Below, one piece after another: positions 37,568 through 48,676 of a stretch of 51,990 nt of DNA (the stretch's first letter is position 1; each line of letters opens with the position of its first letter). Below the pieces are notes generated by a model. It was given only the letters and a program-made list of their open reading frames with translations, did not search any database and was not told where the DNA came from. Position numbers and translations under genes: made by a program. The DNA comes from Nitrospirota bacterium (GTDB lineage Bacteria > Nitrospirota > Thermodesulfovibrionia > Thermodesulfovibrionales > Dissulfurispiraceae). The stretch is taken from positions 1 to 51,990 of the forward strand of contig JBFMCP010000023.1 of assembly GCA_040754455.1 (NCBI GenBank), written 5' to 3'.

Positions 37568-38680
37568 ATGACAAAAGAGTTATGTTTTGTAATAGACCAG
37601 ATCAGCAGAGAGAAGGGAATCTCCCGCGATGCCCTGCTGAAGGTGCTCGAGACAGCGCTCCTTTCCGCAGTCCGCAAGCGCTTCGGCGGCAGGACCAATA
37701 TCAACCTGCAGATCGACCCCAAGACCTGCGCCATACACGCCTACGAGACGAAGCGGATCGTGGAGCAGGTTACGGATAAAGACGAGGAGATCACTCTGAG
37801 CGCTGCCGCTGCAATTGATCCTCAGCTGAAGATCGGCGATACGGTGGACCTCCCTATCCCTCTTCAGGACCTCGGAAGGATTGCCGCACAGACGGCAAAG
37901 CAGGTCATCTTCCAGAGGGTGAGAGAAGCTGAACGCGATATTATCTTTGAGGAGTTCAAGGACAAGGTCGGCCAGATCGTCACCGGAACCGTGCTCCGCA
38001 AGGAAAAGAATATCTACTTTGTGAGTCTCGGCAAAGCCGAAGCAGTGCTTTCTCAGAGGGATACGCTGCCGAACGAGTCGTTGAAGCGCGGTGATATTGT
38101 AAAGGCGTACCTCTCCGATGTGCGGCAGACGGCAAAAGGGCCCGGCATCATCCTTTCACGGACCGACCCCAACTTCGTCATCGGCCTCTTCAAAATGGAG
38201 GTCCCTGAAATCAATGACGGCGTTGTCATTATCAAGGGGATTGCCCGGGAGCCGGGCGAGCGGACAAAGATCGCCGTCTACTCAAAGGACAGCTCCATCG
38301 ATGCGGTCGGCGCCTGCGTCGGCATGAAGGGCACGCGGGTGCAGTCCATTGTCCGGGAACTGCGCGGCGAACGCATCGATATTATTCCCTGGAGCGATGA
38401 TCCAAGGATATTCATCGCCCGTGCGCTCACCCCGGCGACCGTCGACCGCGTAGGTGTGAACGAGGAGGAAAAGACGGCAATGGTCATTGCAGATGACCAG
38501 CAGCTCTCCCTCGCCATCGGCAAACGCGGCCAGAACATAAAGCTCGCAACAAAGCTGACCGGCTGGGAGATCGAAGTACTCAGCGAATCGGAGTATTCAA
38601 AGATAAAGATGGAAGAAACAGACAGATCTCTTGACAAAGCTCTTATGGAAACCAAACAATCAAAGAGTAATGAATCATGA
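37568..38680 (+). CDS. nusA: Transcription elongation factor NusA (short form, no AR domains)
   Basis: GRIAAQTAKQVI, AREPGERTKIAV, GACVGMKGTRV, SLAIGKRGQN. Confidence 0.96.
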   Translation: MTKELCFVIDQISREKGISRDALLKVLETALLSAVRKRFGGRTNINLQIDPKTCAIHAYETKRIVEQVTDKDEEITLSAAAAIDPQLKIGDTVDLPIPLQDLGRIAAQTAKQVIFQRVREAERDIIFEEFKDKVGQIVTGTVLRKEKNIYFVSLGKAEAVLSQRDTLPNESLKRGDIVKAYLSDVRQTAKGPGIILSRTDPNFVIGLFKMEVPEINDGVVIIKGIAREPGERTKIAVYSKDSSIDAVGACVGMKGTRVQSIVRELRGERIDIIPWSDDPRIFIARALTPATVDRVGVNEEEKTAMVIADDQQLSLAIGKRGQNIKLATKLTGWEIEVLSESEYSKIKMEETDRSLDKALMETKQSKSNES

Positions 38681-40760
38681 TCTGTCATCGCCCATACAAT
38701 ACATAAAGGGAGTCGGGCCTCAAAAGGCCCGGCTTCTTGGCCGTCTCGGCATTACTACCCTCAGAGACGCCCTCTTCTACCTTCCCTTCCGTTACGAAGA
38801 CAGAAGCTCAACAAAAAAGATCGTGCACCTCATCTATGACGAGCTGCAGGCCGTCACCGGCAAGGTGGTGAGCGCCGATGTCATCACTCCCAATCCCCGA
38901 AGGCCGCGCATGAAACTCTTTGAAGTCGTCATCACTGACGGCAGCGGCGTGCTCAAGGCAAAGTGGTTCAACCAGACCTATCTGAAAAAGGTCTTCAGGC
39001 CAGGGCAGGAGGTCGTGTTCTACGGCACGGTAAAGCGCAACTACTGGGGCGCCGGGTTCGAACTCATCAATCCCGAATATGAACTCCTGGATGAGGACGA
39101 TAACGACTTCTCTCAAATCCACACCGGCAGAATCGTTCCCATCTACCATGCCACTGAAGGCCTCAGCCAGAAGCAGCTCAGGAATATCATGTATGCAGCT
39201 GTCACTGCTTCAGCGGCATCCCTTTCAGACACGATCCCTCGCGAGATCGTTACTGCCTGTAACCTTCCCGAACTCAGCGAGAGCATTCTGAATGTGCATT
39301 TCCCTTCATCGTCGCTCTCGATCGACGAGCTCAACAGAGGCACAAGCGCCTATCATCAACGTCTGGCCTTTGACGAGCTCTTTACGCTCCAGCTTGGTCT
39401 TGCGGCAATGAAAAAAGGAGAGGTGCAGGCGAAGGGAATCGCCTTTTCTCCTGACGGGAGATATGCAAATAAGCTCCTCCGGAACCTGCCGTTCAAACTT
39501 ACCGGAGCGCAGGAGAGAGTACTCAGCGATATCCTCAGTGACATGCGGTCTCCTGCGCCGATGCACCGGCTCATCCAGGGAGATGTCGGCTCGGGCAAAA
39601 CCATTGTCGCCCTGCTCTCGATGCTCGCTGCCGTCGAGTCAGGCTACCAGGCGGCGCTAATGGCGCCCACGGAAATCCTTGCAGAGCAGCATTACCTCAA
39701 CATCCATAAACTTGTCGAAGACCTTGGGCTCTCGATCCAGCTGCTCACCGCCAGCACCAAGGGGAAACAGAGCGACACCACCCCGGGCGACACCGATATC
39801 ATTGTCGGCACCCATGCCTTGATTCAGGAAGGAGTAACTTTCAGGAAGCTGGGGCTTATTGTGATTGACGAACAGCACCGGTTCGGCGTCATGCAGAGAG
39901 CGGCACTGAGAAAAAAGGGGGCAAATCCCGACACCCTGATCATGACCGCAACGCCCATTCCGCGCACCCTTGCGCTCACCCTCTACGGCGACCTTGACTA
40001 TTCGATCATTGATGAGCTGCCGCCGAACAGGAGCCCGGTCATTACCCGTCACCTGAACGAAAGACAGAAACAAGCCATCTACCAGCTTATCGAGGAGGAG
40101 ACGAAAAAGGGAAGACAGGTGTACGTCGTGTACCCGGTCATCGAGGAGTCGGAAAAGACGAGCCTCAAGGCGGCGATCACCGGGATGGAGGCGCTCCAGC
40201 TCAAATTCCCGCATCTCAAGGTCGGCTTGATCCACGGCAGAATGAAGCCCGCAGCGCGTGAGGAGGTGATGCGCTCGTTCAAAAATGGCGGTATCCATCT
40301 CCTCGTCTCGACCACCGTTATCGAGGTGGGCGTCGATGTCCCCAACGCGACGGCAATGGTCATCATTCATGCTGAACGCTTCGGCCTTGCCCAGCTGCAC
40401 CAACTGAGAGGACGCGTCGGAAGGGGGAGCGGCCAATCATACTGCATCCTGCTCAGTTACGGCGTATCGGAAGACTCAAGGAAACGGCTCGATGTCATGG
40501 TCAGGACAAACGACGGATTCAGGATCGCCGAGGAGGACCTCCTTATCCGCGGCCCGGGTGAATTCTTCGGCACAAAGCAGTCAGGGCTCCCCGATCTCAA
40601 AGTGGCAAACCTCGTCAGGGACGTAAAACTCCTCGAGATCGCCCGCAAAGAGGCCTTCGCTTTAATCGAAGGGGACCCCTCGTTAAAAAAATATCCCCAG
40701 CTCAGGAACTCACTCGAGCATTTTTGGGGAAAGCGGCTTGAACTATTCAAGACAGCGTAA
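38670..40760 (+). CDS. recG: ATP-dependent DNA helicase RecG
   Basis: QGDVGSGKT, DEQHRFG, MTATPIPRTL, QLHQLRGRVGRG, DGFRIAEEDL. Confidence 0.96.
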   Translation: MNHDLSSPIQYIKGVGPQKARLLGRLGITTLRDALFYLPFRYEDRSSTKKIVHLIYDELQAVTGKVVSADVITPNPRRPRMKLFEVVITDGSGVLKAKWFNQTYLKKVFRPGQEVVFYGTVKRNYWGAGFELINPEYELLDEDDNDFSQIHTGRIVPIYHATEGLSQKQLRNIMYAAVTASAASLSDTIPREIVTACNLPELSESILNVHFPSSSLSIDELNRGTSAYHQRLAFDELFTLQLGLAAMKKGEVQAKGIAFSPDGRYANKLLRNLPFKLTGAQERVLSDILSDMRSPAPMHRLIQGDVGSGKTIVALLSMLAAVESGYQAALMAPTEILAEQHYLNIHKLVEDLGLSIQLLTASTKGKQSDTTPGDTDIIVGTHALIQEGVTFRKLGLIVIDEQHRFGVMQRAALRKKGANPDTLIMTATPIPRTLALTLYGDLDYSIIDELPPNRSPVITRHLNERQKQAIYQLIEEETKKGRQVYVVYPVIEESEKTSLKAAITGMEALQLKFPHLKVGLIHGRMKPAAREEVMRSFKNGGIHLLVSTTVIEVGVDVPNATAMVIIHAERFGLAQLHQLRGRVGRGSGQSYCILLSYGVSEDSRKRLDVMVRTNDGFRIAEEDLLIRGPGEFFGTKQSGLPDLKVANLVRDVKLLEIARKEAFALIEGDPSLKKYPQLRNSLEHFWGKRLELFKTA

Positions 40761-40831
40761 TGCAGTAGTAGCGAACGCAGGCAGAGAGGGATGCTGATTG
40801 ATTTTAGTTCCCCAAATACTTACACTAATTA

Positions 40832-40856
40832 CTGTCACCGACACTAATCACTGACA
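40832..40856. repeat. Second copy (inverted) of the gtcagt repeat
   Basis: Reverse complement tgtcagtgattagtgtcggtgacag matches 32363-32387 at 22/25 positions. Confidence 0.6.
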
Positions 40857-40878
40857 TTGATACGATGGGAGAGGCAGG

Positions 40879-41190
40879 ATGCTCAGCAAAGTAAAGAAAG
40901 ACTTTGACGACGGGATCGGCAAGATCAAATGGTTCGCCTCGCTCCTCTCAGAGAGGGTGAGAATAGAGATCACGATCTTCAAGCTCCTCTATAAATCCGA
41001 AGAATTGAAGAAACGCAGAGATGAGCTGCTTAAACAGATCGGCGAGGAAGTATATGCACTGCGGGGCAAGGACAAAAACGTTTATACCAACAAAGAGGTC
41101 GCTGAAGCGATAAGAAATCTCGAAATGCTCGAGCCGGAAATAGATGCTACGATGGAACAGGCATCGGAGATAAGCAAACTGGTGCCATGA
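40879..41190 (+). CDS. Hypothetical coiled-coil protein
   Basis: Purine-rich SD-like upstream sequence, helical charged protein, ATGA overlap with pilD. Confidence 0.7.
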   Translation: MLSKVKKDFDDGIGKIKWFASLLSERVRIEITIFKLLYKSEELKKRRDELLKQIGEEVYALRGKDKNVYTNKEVAEAIRNLEMLEPEIDATMEQASEISKLVP

Positions 41191-41963
41191 TCCCTCTTGC
41201 CGTCTTCGTCTTCGGCCTCATTATCGGCTCCTTCCTGAATGTCTGCATTTACCGGCTTCCCCGCGATATTTCCATCGTTAGACCACCGTCGGCATGCCCG
41301 CGCTGCGCAACGCCGATTAAACCATGGGAGAACATTCCTGTTATAAGTTATATATTCCTGCGGGGGAAATGCAAACAGTGCGGAGAGCCGATCTCCTTCC
41401 GCTATCCCCTGGTAGAGCTGCTCAATGGCACCCTCTATTGGCTTGTTGTCCATCAGTTCGGCCCCGGCTGGCATCTACCGTTTCTCCTGGCCTTTGTCTC
41501 TGCCATGGTGGTCATCACGTTTATTGACCTCGATTTCCAGATCATTCCCCATTCCATAACACTACCAGGCATTGTCATTGGACTCACCGCGTCTTCCTTC
41601 TTCCTTCCTGACCCATTCCGCGCCGTTTCCGTAGTTGGCTTTAAAAATTCTCTTATCGGAGCAGTAGCGGGATACGGGCTCTTTTTCCTCATCGCAGTCA
41701 TAGGCAAAGCACTTACCAAAAGGGATGCAATGGGGGGCGGCGACCTCATGTTAATGGCAATGATCGGCGCATTTATGGGATGGAAGGCGATATTCATGAC
41801 CACGTTTTTAGGAAGTCTTACCGGCTCTGTTATCGGCATCTTCCTTATGTCCTTCAAAGGTAAGGACAGGAAAACAGCGATTCCCTTCGGCCCGTTCCTT
41901 GCCCTCGGCGCGCTGATCACCCTCTTCCTCGGCGGTACAATTCTTCACTGGTATTTAGGCTGA
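41187..41963 (+). CDS. pilD: Prepilin peptidase / N-methyltransferase
   Basis: GSFLNVCIYRLP, CPRC and CKQC, MGGGD, IPFGPFLA. Confidence 0.93.
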   Translation: MIPLAVFVFGLIIGSFLNVCIYRLPRDISIVRPPSACPRCATPIKPWENIPVISYIFLRGKCKQCGEPISFRYPLVELLNGTLYWLVVHQFGPGWHLPFLLAFVSAMVVITFIDLDFQIIPHSITLPGIVIGLTASSFFLPDPFRAVSVVGFKNSLIGAVAGYGLFFLIAVIGKALTKRDAMGGGDLMLMAMIGAFMGWKAIFMTTFLGSLTGSVIGIFLMSFKGKDRKTAIPFGPFLALGALITLFLGGTILHWYLG

Positions 41964-42046
41964 TAAATAAGTTAAAATATCAACTTGTGTTTTAAGCTGA
42001 TCAATTTTTGATCCTCCTCATCTAAAGCAATGTACGTGGTGAATGT

Positions 42047-43855
42047 ATGAAAAGAGATGACATAAGAAATATCGCGATTATTGCCCATGTCGACCACGGC
42101 AAAACAACGCTGGTCGACTGTATGCTGAAGCAGGCGGGCATCTTCCGTTCAAATGAGCGGGTACAGGAAAGGGTAATGGATAACATCGACCTCGAGCGCG
42201 AACGCGGCATTACCATTATGGCAAAAAATACCGCCGTCGAGTACAATGGCATAAAGATCAACATCGTCGATACGCCCGGCCACGCGGACTTCGGTGGCGA
42301 GGTCGAACGGACGCTGAAGATGGTCGACGGTGTGCTGCTCCTTGTCGACGCCTCCGAAGGCCCGCTGCCCCAGACGCGGTTCGTTCTCAAAAAAGCGCTT
42401 GAGCTCAATCTGCCGCCTATCCTTGTGATCAATAAAATCGACAGGGCCGATGCGCGGATCCAGGGGGTGCTCAATGAAGTATACGATCTCTTCATCGATC
42501 TCGACGCCACGGAAGAGCAGCTCGAGTTTCCAATCGTCTACACCAATGCCAAGCTCGGCATTGCCAAGCTCTCACTGGAAGAGGAATCAGAAAACCTCAA
42601 GCCACTCTTTGATCTCATCCTCAAAACGATCCCCGGACCTTCGGGAGACCCCGACGGGCCGCTGCAGCTCCTCGTCACCAATATCGATTACAGCGATTAT
42701 GTAGGGAGGCTCGCGATCTGCAGGATCTACTCGGGAACCGTCAAGGTGGGCGATGCCGTTGCACTGGTGAACGGCAACCAGGAGGTGATAAAGACCAAGG
42801 TCACCTCACTCTACACCTTCCAGGGTCTCGATCGGATCGACGCGAAAGAAGCCTCGGTTGGCGACATCATCGCCCTCGCAGGCATCGAGGGCATCAACAT
42901 CGGCGATACCATCACCGATATCGAAACCCCGAAGCCTCTGCCGAGAATCAAAGTCGATGAGCCGACCATCTCGATGGTCTTCTCGGTCAATACCTCTCCC
43001 TTTGCAGGGAAAGAGGGGAGATACGTGACCTCGCGTAATCTCAGGGAGCGGCTCGAGAAAGAATTGCTCTATAACGTTGCGATAAAAGTCGACTTCAGCA
43101 CCACCGATTCCTTCAAAGTCATGGGCCGCGGCGAACTGCAGCTCGCCATCCTCATCGAGATGATGCGGAGAGAGGGATATGAGCTCTCGGTATCCATGCC
43201 CGAGACTATAACCCGGACCATTAAGGGTATCCTGCATGAGCCTATGGAGGTGCTTGTCATCGATGTACCCGAGGAATTCGTTGGCGTCGTGACCCAGCAG
43301 GTCGGCATGCGCAAAGGGAAGATGCAGAAGATGCAGAACAACGGCCATGGGAGGGTGCGGCTCGAATTCAGAATTCCTTCGAGAGGGCTGATCGGCTTCA
43401 GATCACAGTTCCTCACCGATACCAAAGGTACCGGCCTCTTGAACCACCTCTTCGACGGCTATGAGCCGTGGCATGGCGTTTTGTCGAAACGCCAGACCGG
43501 CGCCCTTGTTGCCGACCGGCCCGGCAAATCGACGACCTATGCGCTCTTCCATCTGCAGCCGCGGGGGACACTCTTCATTAAAGAGAATACGCCGGTGTAC
43601 GAGGGAATGATCATCGGCGAGAACTCCAGGGACAACGATCTGGACGTCAATGTCATCAAGGAGAAGAAGCTTACCAATATGCGCGCTTCCGGCTCCGATG
43701 AGGCATTGCAGCTCATTCCACCGAAAGTGCTGAGCCTCGAAAATGCGATCGAATTCATCAAAGAGGACGAGCTTGTCGAGATCACCCCCCAGTCGGTGAG
43801 ATTGCGGAAGAAAGTGCTCGAGGCGAGCAAGAGACCGAAGCCGCAAAGGGAATAA
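42047..43855 (+). CDS. typA: Translational GTPase TypA/BipA
   Basis: [38 protein letters not shown]. Confidence 0.97.
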   Translation: MKRDDIRNIAIIAHVDHGKTTLVDCMLKQAGIFRSNERVQERVMDNIDLERERGITIMAKNTAVEYNGIKINIVDTPGHADFGGEVERTLKMVDGVLLLVDASEGPLPQTRFVLKKALELNLPPILVINKIDRADARIQGVLNEVYDLFIDLDATEEQLEFPIVYTNAKLGIAKLSLEEESENLKPLFDLILKTIPGPSGDPDGPLQLLVTNIDYSDYVGRLAICRIYSGTVKVGDAVALVNGNQEVIKTKVTSLYTFQGLDRIDAKEASVGDIIALAGIEGINIGDTITDIETPKPLPRIKVDEPTISMVFSVNTSPFAGKEGRYVTSRNLRERLEKELLYNVAIKVDFSTTDSFKVMGRGELQLAILIEMMRREGYELSVSMPETITRTIKGILHEPMEVLVIDVPEEFVGVVTQQVGMRKGKMQKMQNNGHGRVRLEFRIPSRGLIGFRSQFLTDTKGTGLLNHLFDGYEPWHGVLSKRQTGALVADRPGKSTTYALFHLQPRGTLFIKENTPVYEGMIIGENSRDNDLDVNVIKEKKLTNMRASGSDEALQLIPPKVLSLENAIEFIKEDELVEITPQSVRLRKKVLEASKRPKPQRE

Positions 43856-43909
43856 TACGCGCTCTTTGTCCGGCAGCGCATGACATCTGTCGCTCGGACG
43901 CAACAAGGA

Positions 43910-43948
43910 AATCGGCCCGCTTAGCCGGGATGAAGAAGCGGGCCGATT
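43910..43948. terminator. 13-bp stem-loop between convergent typA and groEL
   Basis: aatcggcccgctt-N13-aagcgggccgatt. Confidence 0.55.
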
Positions 43949-44016
43949 CCATATTTCACCTCCTTTTTCCTGCCTGTTGGAGTTGCGGTCTTCTATTCCG
44001 TGAGGCAGCCAAAGAT

Positions 44017-45651
44017 CTAGTACATATCCATACCGCCGCCGTGCGGCATAGCGGGCATCTTCTTCTCCTCTTCCGGCAGCTCGGTGATCATGACCTCGGT
44101 GGTGAGCATGAGGCCTGCAACGGATGCCGCATTCTGGAGCGCCGACCTCGTGACCTTGGTCGGATCAATGATGCCGGCCTTCAGCATATCGGTGAATTCC
44201 TCTTTGTAGGCATCATAGCCGTAATTCACCTCCTTCGACTCTTTTATCTTCTCGACGATGGTCGCGCTCTCGATGCCCGCATTCTGGATGATCTGCTTGA
44301 TCGGCTCCTCAAGCGCCTTCTTCACAATCGCAACGCCGAGCTGCTGATCATGGTGATCGAGCTTCATCTTATCAATAGCCTTGATACACCTGATGAGAGC
44401 CACACCTCCGCCCGGAACGATGCCCTCTTCGACCGCTGCTCTCGTTGCGTGGAGCGCATCTTCGACTCTCGCCTTCTTCTCTTTCATCTCTGCCTCGGTG
44501 GCTGCGCCGACGTTGATCACGGCAACACCGCCGACCAGCTTTGCGAGCCGCTCCTGGAGCTTCTCCCTGTCGTAATCAGAGGTGGTCTCTTCGATCTGGG
44601 CCTTGATCTGCTTTACCCTGCCCTGTATCTTCGCAGGGTCTCCTGCACCCTCGACAATGGTGGTGTTCTCCTTATCGATGGTGATCTTCCGCGCCCTGCC
44701 GAGGTCCTGGAGCTTTACATTCTCGAGCTTGAGCCCCAGGTCTTCGGAGATAACCGTACCGCCGGTAAGAATGGCGATATCTTCGAGCATAGCCTTTCTC
44801 CGGTCACCGAAACCCGGTGCCTTGACTGCAGCGACCTGAAGGGTACCGCGGAGTTTGTTCACGACGAGGGTAGCAAGTGCTTCCCCTTCAACCTCCTCGG
44901 AGAGGATGAGGAGGGGTTTGCCCATCTTGGCAACCTGCTCGAGAATCGGCAGGAGGTCCTTCATGCTCGATATCTTCTTATCATGAAGGAGAATGAACGC
45001 ATCGTCGAGCACGCACTCCATCCGGTCGGGGTCGGTGATGAAGTAGGGAGAGATATAGCCTCTGTCGAACTGCATACCCTCGACCACATCAAGGGTGGTA
45101 GCCATGCCCTTTGCCTCTTCAACCGTGATAACGCCGTCCTTGCCGACCTTGTCCATCGCATCAGCAATCAATTCGCCGATCGTGGGATCACTGTTGGCGG
45201 AAATGGTGCCGACCTGGGCGATCTCCTTCTTGTCAGCAACCTGCTTGCTCATTGCCTTCAATTCGGCAATGACGCTTTCTACTGCCTTGTCGATGCCTCT
45301 CTTGAGGTCAATGGCATTGGCACCGGCGGTAACGTGCTTCATACCTTCTTTATAAATTGCATAGGCGAGAACAGTTGCCGTGGTGGTGCCGTCACCGGCA
45401 ACATCGGAGGTCTTTGAAGCGACCTCTCTGAGGAGCTGCGCGCCCATGTTCTCGTAGGGGTCTTTGAGCTCGATCTCCTTTGCAACAGTAACGCCGTCCT
45501 TGGTGATATTCGGCGCACCGAATTTCCTGTCAATGATAACGTTTCTGCCGCGGGGGCCGAGGGTTGCCTTGACCGCATCGGTCAGGAGAGTAATACCTTT
45601 CAACATCGATTGCCGTGCCGTTTCATCGAATAAGAGTTGCTTCGCTGCCAT
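44017..45651 (-). CDS. groL: Chaperonin GroEL
   Basis: [37 protein letters not shown] tail. Confidence 0.98.
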   Translation of the reverse strand: MAAKQLLFDETARQSMLKGITLLTDAVKATLGPRGRNVIIDRKFGAPNITKDGVTVAKEIELKDPYENMGAQLLREVASKTSDVAGDGTTTATVLAYAIYKEGMKHVTAGANAIDLKRGIDKAVESVIAELKAMSKQVADKKEIAQVGTISANSDPTIGELIADAMDKVGKDGVITVEEAKGMATTLDVVEGMQFDRGYISPYFITDPDRMECVLDDAFILLHDKKISSMKDLLPILEQVAKMGKPLLILSEEVEGEALATLVVNKLRGTLQVAAVKAPGFGDRRKAMLEDIAILTGGTVISEDLGLKLENVKLQDLGRARKITIDKENTTIVEGAGDPAKIQGRVKQIKAQIEETTSDYDREKLQERLAKLVGGVAVINVGAATEAEMKEKKARVEDALHATRAAVEEGIVPGGGVALIRCIKAIDKMKLDHHDQQLGVAIVKKALEEPIKQIIQNAGIESATIVEKIKESKEVNYGYDAYKEEFTDMLKAGIIDPTKVTRSALQNAASVAGLMLTTEVMITELPEEEKKMPAMPHGGGMDMY

Positions 45652-45671
45652 CTCTTCCGCCTCCTTTTAAA

Positions 45672-45935
45672 TTATTCGACAATGCCAAGGAGGGACTCCT
45701 CCTTGATGATGAGATATTCATACTTCTCGTTCTTTACCTTCGTGCCCGCATATTTGTCGAAGAGCACCGTACTGCCCGGCTTCACTTCCTTGACCTCCGG
45801 GCCTACCGCCTCGACCACTCCCTGCTGCGGCTTCTCTTTCGCGACATCGGGAATGTAGAGGCCGCCTGCTGTTTTCTCGACTCCGTCTTCAGAGAACCTT
45901 ACGACGACCTTGTCCTGCAATGGTCTGATCTTCAT
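45672..45935 (-). CDS. groS: Co-chaperonin GroES
   Basis: MKIRPLQDKV...TAGGLYIPD.AKEKPQ. Confidence 0.96.
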   Translation of the reverse strand: MKIRPLQDKVVVRFSEDGVEKTAGGLYIPDVAKEKPQQGVVEAVGPEVKEVKPGSTVLFDKYAGTKVKNEKYEYLIIKEESLLGIVE

Positions 45936-45991
45936 GTTGCTACCTCCTGTTGTCTATATTCTCAGCCCAAGGCTGATGGAAAGCTTTGACA

Positions 45992-47461
45992 TCATCGGGG
46001 CGACAGCGTCAGATAGATCGTCGACCCGCCTCTCATAATGAGCAAAAGGACATCCTGGTCCGGCTTGATCTTCGAAATGACCGCCTCATAGTCTTTCACG
46101 TTGCTGATCTTCCTCTTATTGATCTCGAGGACAATGTCATGCTTCATCAGTACGCCCTCGGCCGGGCTCCCGTCCTCGATATCCGTGACAACGACGCCGC
46201 TTATCTGCTTCGGGATACCCAGCCCTCTCTTTACTTCAGGGCTGAGATTCTGTACATATACGCCTTTAAGGATGTTGTCATACATCCCGGAAGGCTTTTG
46301 CATTTCGGAAGGCAGTTCGGCAATCGTCGCCTTCAGCGTTTTTGTTTTGCCGTCACGGAGAATGGTGATCGCAACTTCCTTGCCCACCGGCGTATTCGCT
46401 ACCATGTTCCTGAAGGCCGTGGGATCACCGACTGATTTGCCGTTGTATTCAACAATGACATCTCCGCGCTGCAGCCCGGCCTTTTCAGCGGGACTCTCTT
46501 CCGTCACATCTCCTATAAGGGCGCCTCTCTCATCCTTTATTGAGAATTGTCTCGCCAGTTCGGGGGTAAGGGGCTGCACCGACACACCCAGCCAGCCTCT
46601 CACTACCTTGCCTTTTTTGACGATGCTCTCGATGACTACCTTGGCCATGTTGCTCGGTATGGCAAATCCGATCCCCTGGTAGCCGCCGGAGGTGCTGAAT
46701 ATGGCGGTATTGATGCCGACGAGCTCTCCACGCACATTGACCAGCGCCCCACCCGAGTTTCCAGGGTTGATCGGCGCATCGGTCTGGATAAAGTCCTCGT
46801 AGTCCGCTATGCCGACATCGGCCCTGCCTGTTGCGCTCACGATCCCCGAGGTGACGGTCTGGCTCAGCCCGAAGGGATTCCCTATTGCAATGACGGTCTC
46901 GCCGACTCTCAGCTCATCTGAATCCCCCCATCTAAGTACGGGCAGATGGTTTGAGTCGATTTTGATAACCGCGAGGTCGGTCTTCGGGTCCGTGCCGATA
47001 ACCTTCCCCTTGAACTCCCGTTTGTCGGACAGTTTGATCTTGATCTCATCGGCATCCTTTACGACATGGTTGTTGGTAAGGATATAGCCGTCCCTGTCGA
47101 CGATGACGCCGGAGCCGAGACTCGCCTGCTTGAATTCCCGGGGCTTCCTAAAATTGCCGAACGCGTCTCCGAAAAATCCCCTGAAGAACGGGTCGTCGAA
47201 GAAAGGATCGTATACCCTCCGCTCCCGCACGGTCCGGGTTGACGAGATGTTCACCACCGCCGGCTTGACTGCAGCGGCCACTTCCGCCATCGCCTGGTTG
47301 GTCCTCGTGAGGAGGTCAATAGCATCCCTGGATATCTGAACATCTTCTGAATATCCTTTTGACTGGAATCCGAAGTGCGATGAAATCCCGAGCCCGAAGA
47401 CCAGCCCGACGATGATAAAAGTTGCTGCAATAAGCAGCGTCTCCTTCTTTTTCAGTGACAT
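45992..47461 (-). CDS. degP: HtrA/DegP (Do) serine protease with two PDZ domains
   Basis: LTNNHVV, DLAVIK, QTDAPINPGNSGG; SD AGGAGG before ATG 47461. Confidence 0.92.
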   Translation of the reverse strand: MSLKKKETLLIAATFIIVGLVFGLGISSHFGFQSKGYSEDVQISRDAIDLLTRTNQAMAEVAAAVKPAVVNISSTRTVRERRVYDPFFDDPFFRGFFGDAFGNFRKPREFKQASLGSGVIVDRDGYILTNNHVVKDADEIKIKLSDKREFKGKVIGTDPKTDLAVIKIDSNHLPVLRWGDSDELRVGETVIAIGNPFGLSQTVTSGIVSATGRADVGIADYEDFIQTDAPINPGNSGGALVNVRGELVGINTAIFSTSGGYQGIGFAIPSNMAKVVIESIVKKGKVVRGWLGVSVQPLTPELARQFSIKDERGALIGDVTEESPAEKAGLQRGDVIVEYNGKSVGDPTAFRNMVANTPVGKEVAITILRDGKTKTLKATIAELPSEMQKPSGMYDNILKGVYVQNLSPEVKRGLGIPKQISGVVVTDIEDGSPAEGVLMKHDIVLEINKRKISNVKDYEAVISKIKPDQDVLLLIMRGGSTIYLTLSPR

Positions 47462-47521
47462 CAGACACCTCCTGAAAAGATGCATCCTTTATGTAAACAG
47501 CATGCGATCGTTCGGTTATAC

Positions 47522-47785
47522 TCAAATTGATGCGTAGGTTTCATCGGCCACTTCAAAATTACTGCTGCAAAAGCTGCTTTCCGTAATTTCCGGATATACA
47601 CATAACCATCCGGACCTGCCGTGCTCCATCCTGAGCAGTGCATCACCTTCTCTTTTCTTTCCATTACTCAAAATGCCCTCGATATGCCCATTCCGCTCGA
47701 AGATGAACAGGATATCCCCGCTGCGCAGGTTTTTCCAGAGCTGTCCGGGAGCCGGGAGTATGGCGCTTGTCCTGTACTCCATCAT
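47522..47785 (-). CDS. Hypothetical small protein
   Basis: SD GAGGT; ATGA overlap with the upstream gene. Confidence 0.5.
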   Translation of the reverse strand: MMEYRTSAILPAPGQLWKNLRSGDILFIFERNGHIEGILSNGKKREGDALLRMEHGRSGWLCVYPEITESSFCSSNFEVADETYASI

Positions 47786-48360
47786 GAACGCACCTCTTCC
47801 TGTTGCGAGGGCATTGTATTCTGCCCTCCTTTTTTCCTGAATGGTTTGTAGACGCTGAACAACTCCTTATCGAGTCGCAGGCATCCCAATCTCAATAAAA
47901 GCCCGAGTACGAGGAGAAAGAGTGCGGTTACGCCGAGGATAACGGGCTCTGTGTGAAGCACTCCTTTCAGGATGAGTTCCCTGAGGACCGATACGATCGC
48001 GATTTCGACCATGGTATCGATCGCTACATGGTGAAACTCCAGGTAGATGATGAGGAGCCTCACTGTTTCTATGAGTATGAAGATGAACATGATCTCGGAT
48101 ATCACATAGGAAATATCCGTATCCTTGTATATGGACATCCCGAGGAGATAAATTGTCTTCACGATGAGCACGAAGGCAACGACGACTAGTCCCATCAGGA
48201 TAACATCCATGATCACTTCCATATATCTCCTGAAGGCGTTATGTATCCAGAAATAGAACTCGACCTCTTTACGGTCGGCTTTTCTGTCAACTGTCCCTGC
48301 AAAGAGCTTCATGTCTGATTCCTCCACATCACTGCACAAAATGCCCTTTGTCCGAGTCAT
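47782..48360 (-). CDS. PsiE-family membrane protein
   Basis: Four TM segments; FILIE..R, EIAIVSVLRELI motif; start uncertain. Confidence 0.75.
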   Translation of the reverse strand: MTRTKGILCSDVEESDMKLFAGTVDRKADRKEVEFYFWIHNAFRRYMEVIMDVILMGLVVVAFVLIVKTIYLLGMSIYKDTDISYVISEIMFIFILIETVRLLIIYLEFHHVAIDTMVEIAIVSVLRELILKGVLHTEPVILGVTALFLLVLGLLLRLGCLRLDKELFSVYKPFRKKGGQNTMPSQQEEVRS

Positions 48361-48521
48361 GTCTCTCTCTAAAGATGTCCTTTGTAAGGAGGAATGCCGT
48401 GTCAGAAAAGCCTTGCCAACGCCGTGGGTATGGTCCCGCTTCGAGGAGTTTGCGGCAATTTCATCTGATCGGTTTATTTCTCAAGGAACACACGTATGGC
48501 GAGTTCCTTCCCTCTGTAGCC

Positions 48522-48550
48522 ATTCTATATATAATCCGTCGCTGCGTAAA
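48522..48550 (-). promoter_or_regulatory. sigma70-like promoter upstream of the psiE-like gene
   Basis: TTTACG-N17-TAGAAT. Confidence 0.45.
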
Positions 48551-48676
48551 GGCTCTCCGGCAACGGCTCCTTCATGCAACAATCGAACCTACGTTCTTAA
48601 AGATGTGCTTGAATGCACAGCGGGAGCCGACAAAGGTCTGCATGCCCGCAGCCTCTCTCGGCTCCGTGCAGTTCAG

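Noticed and set aside
43930..45417. 495-aa plus-strand ORF
   Set aside because: Antisense shadow of groEL, a familiar codon-bias artefact with no recognisable motifs.
45936..45991. CIRCE element before groES
   Set aside because: No TTAGCACTC-N9-GAGTGCTAA match.
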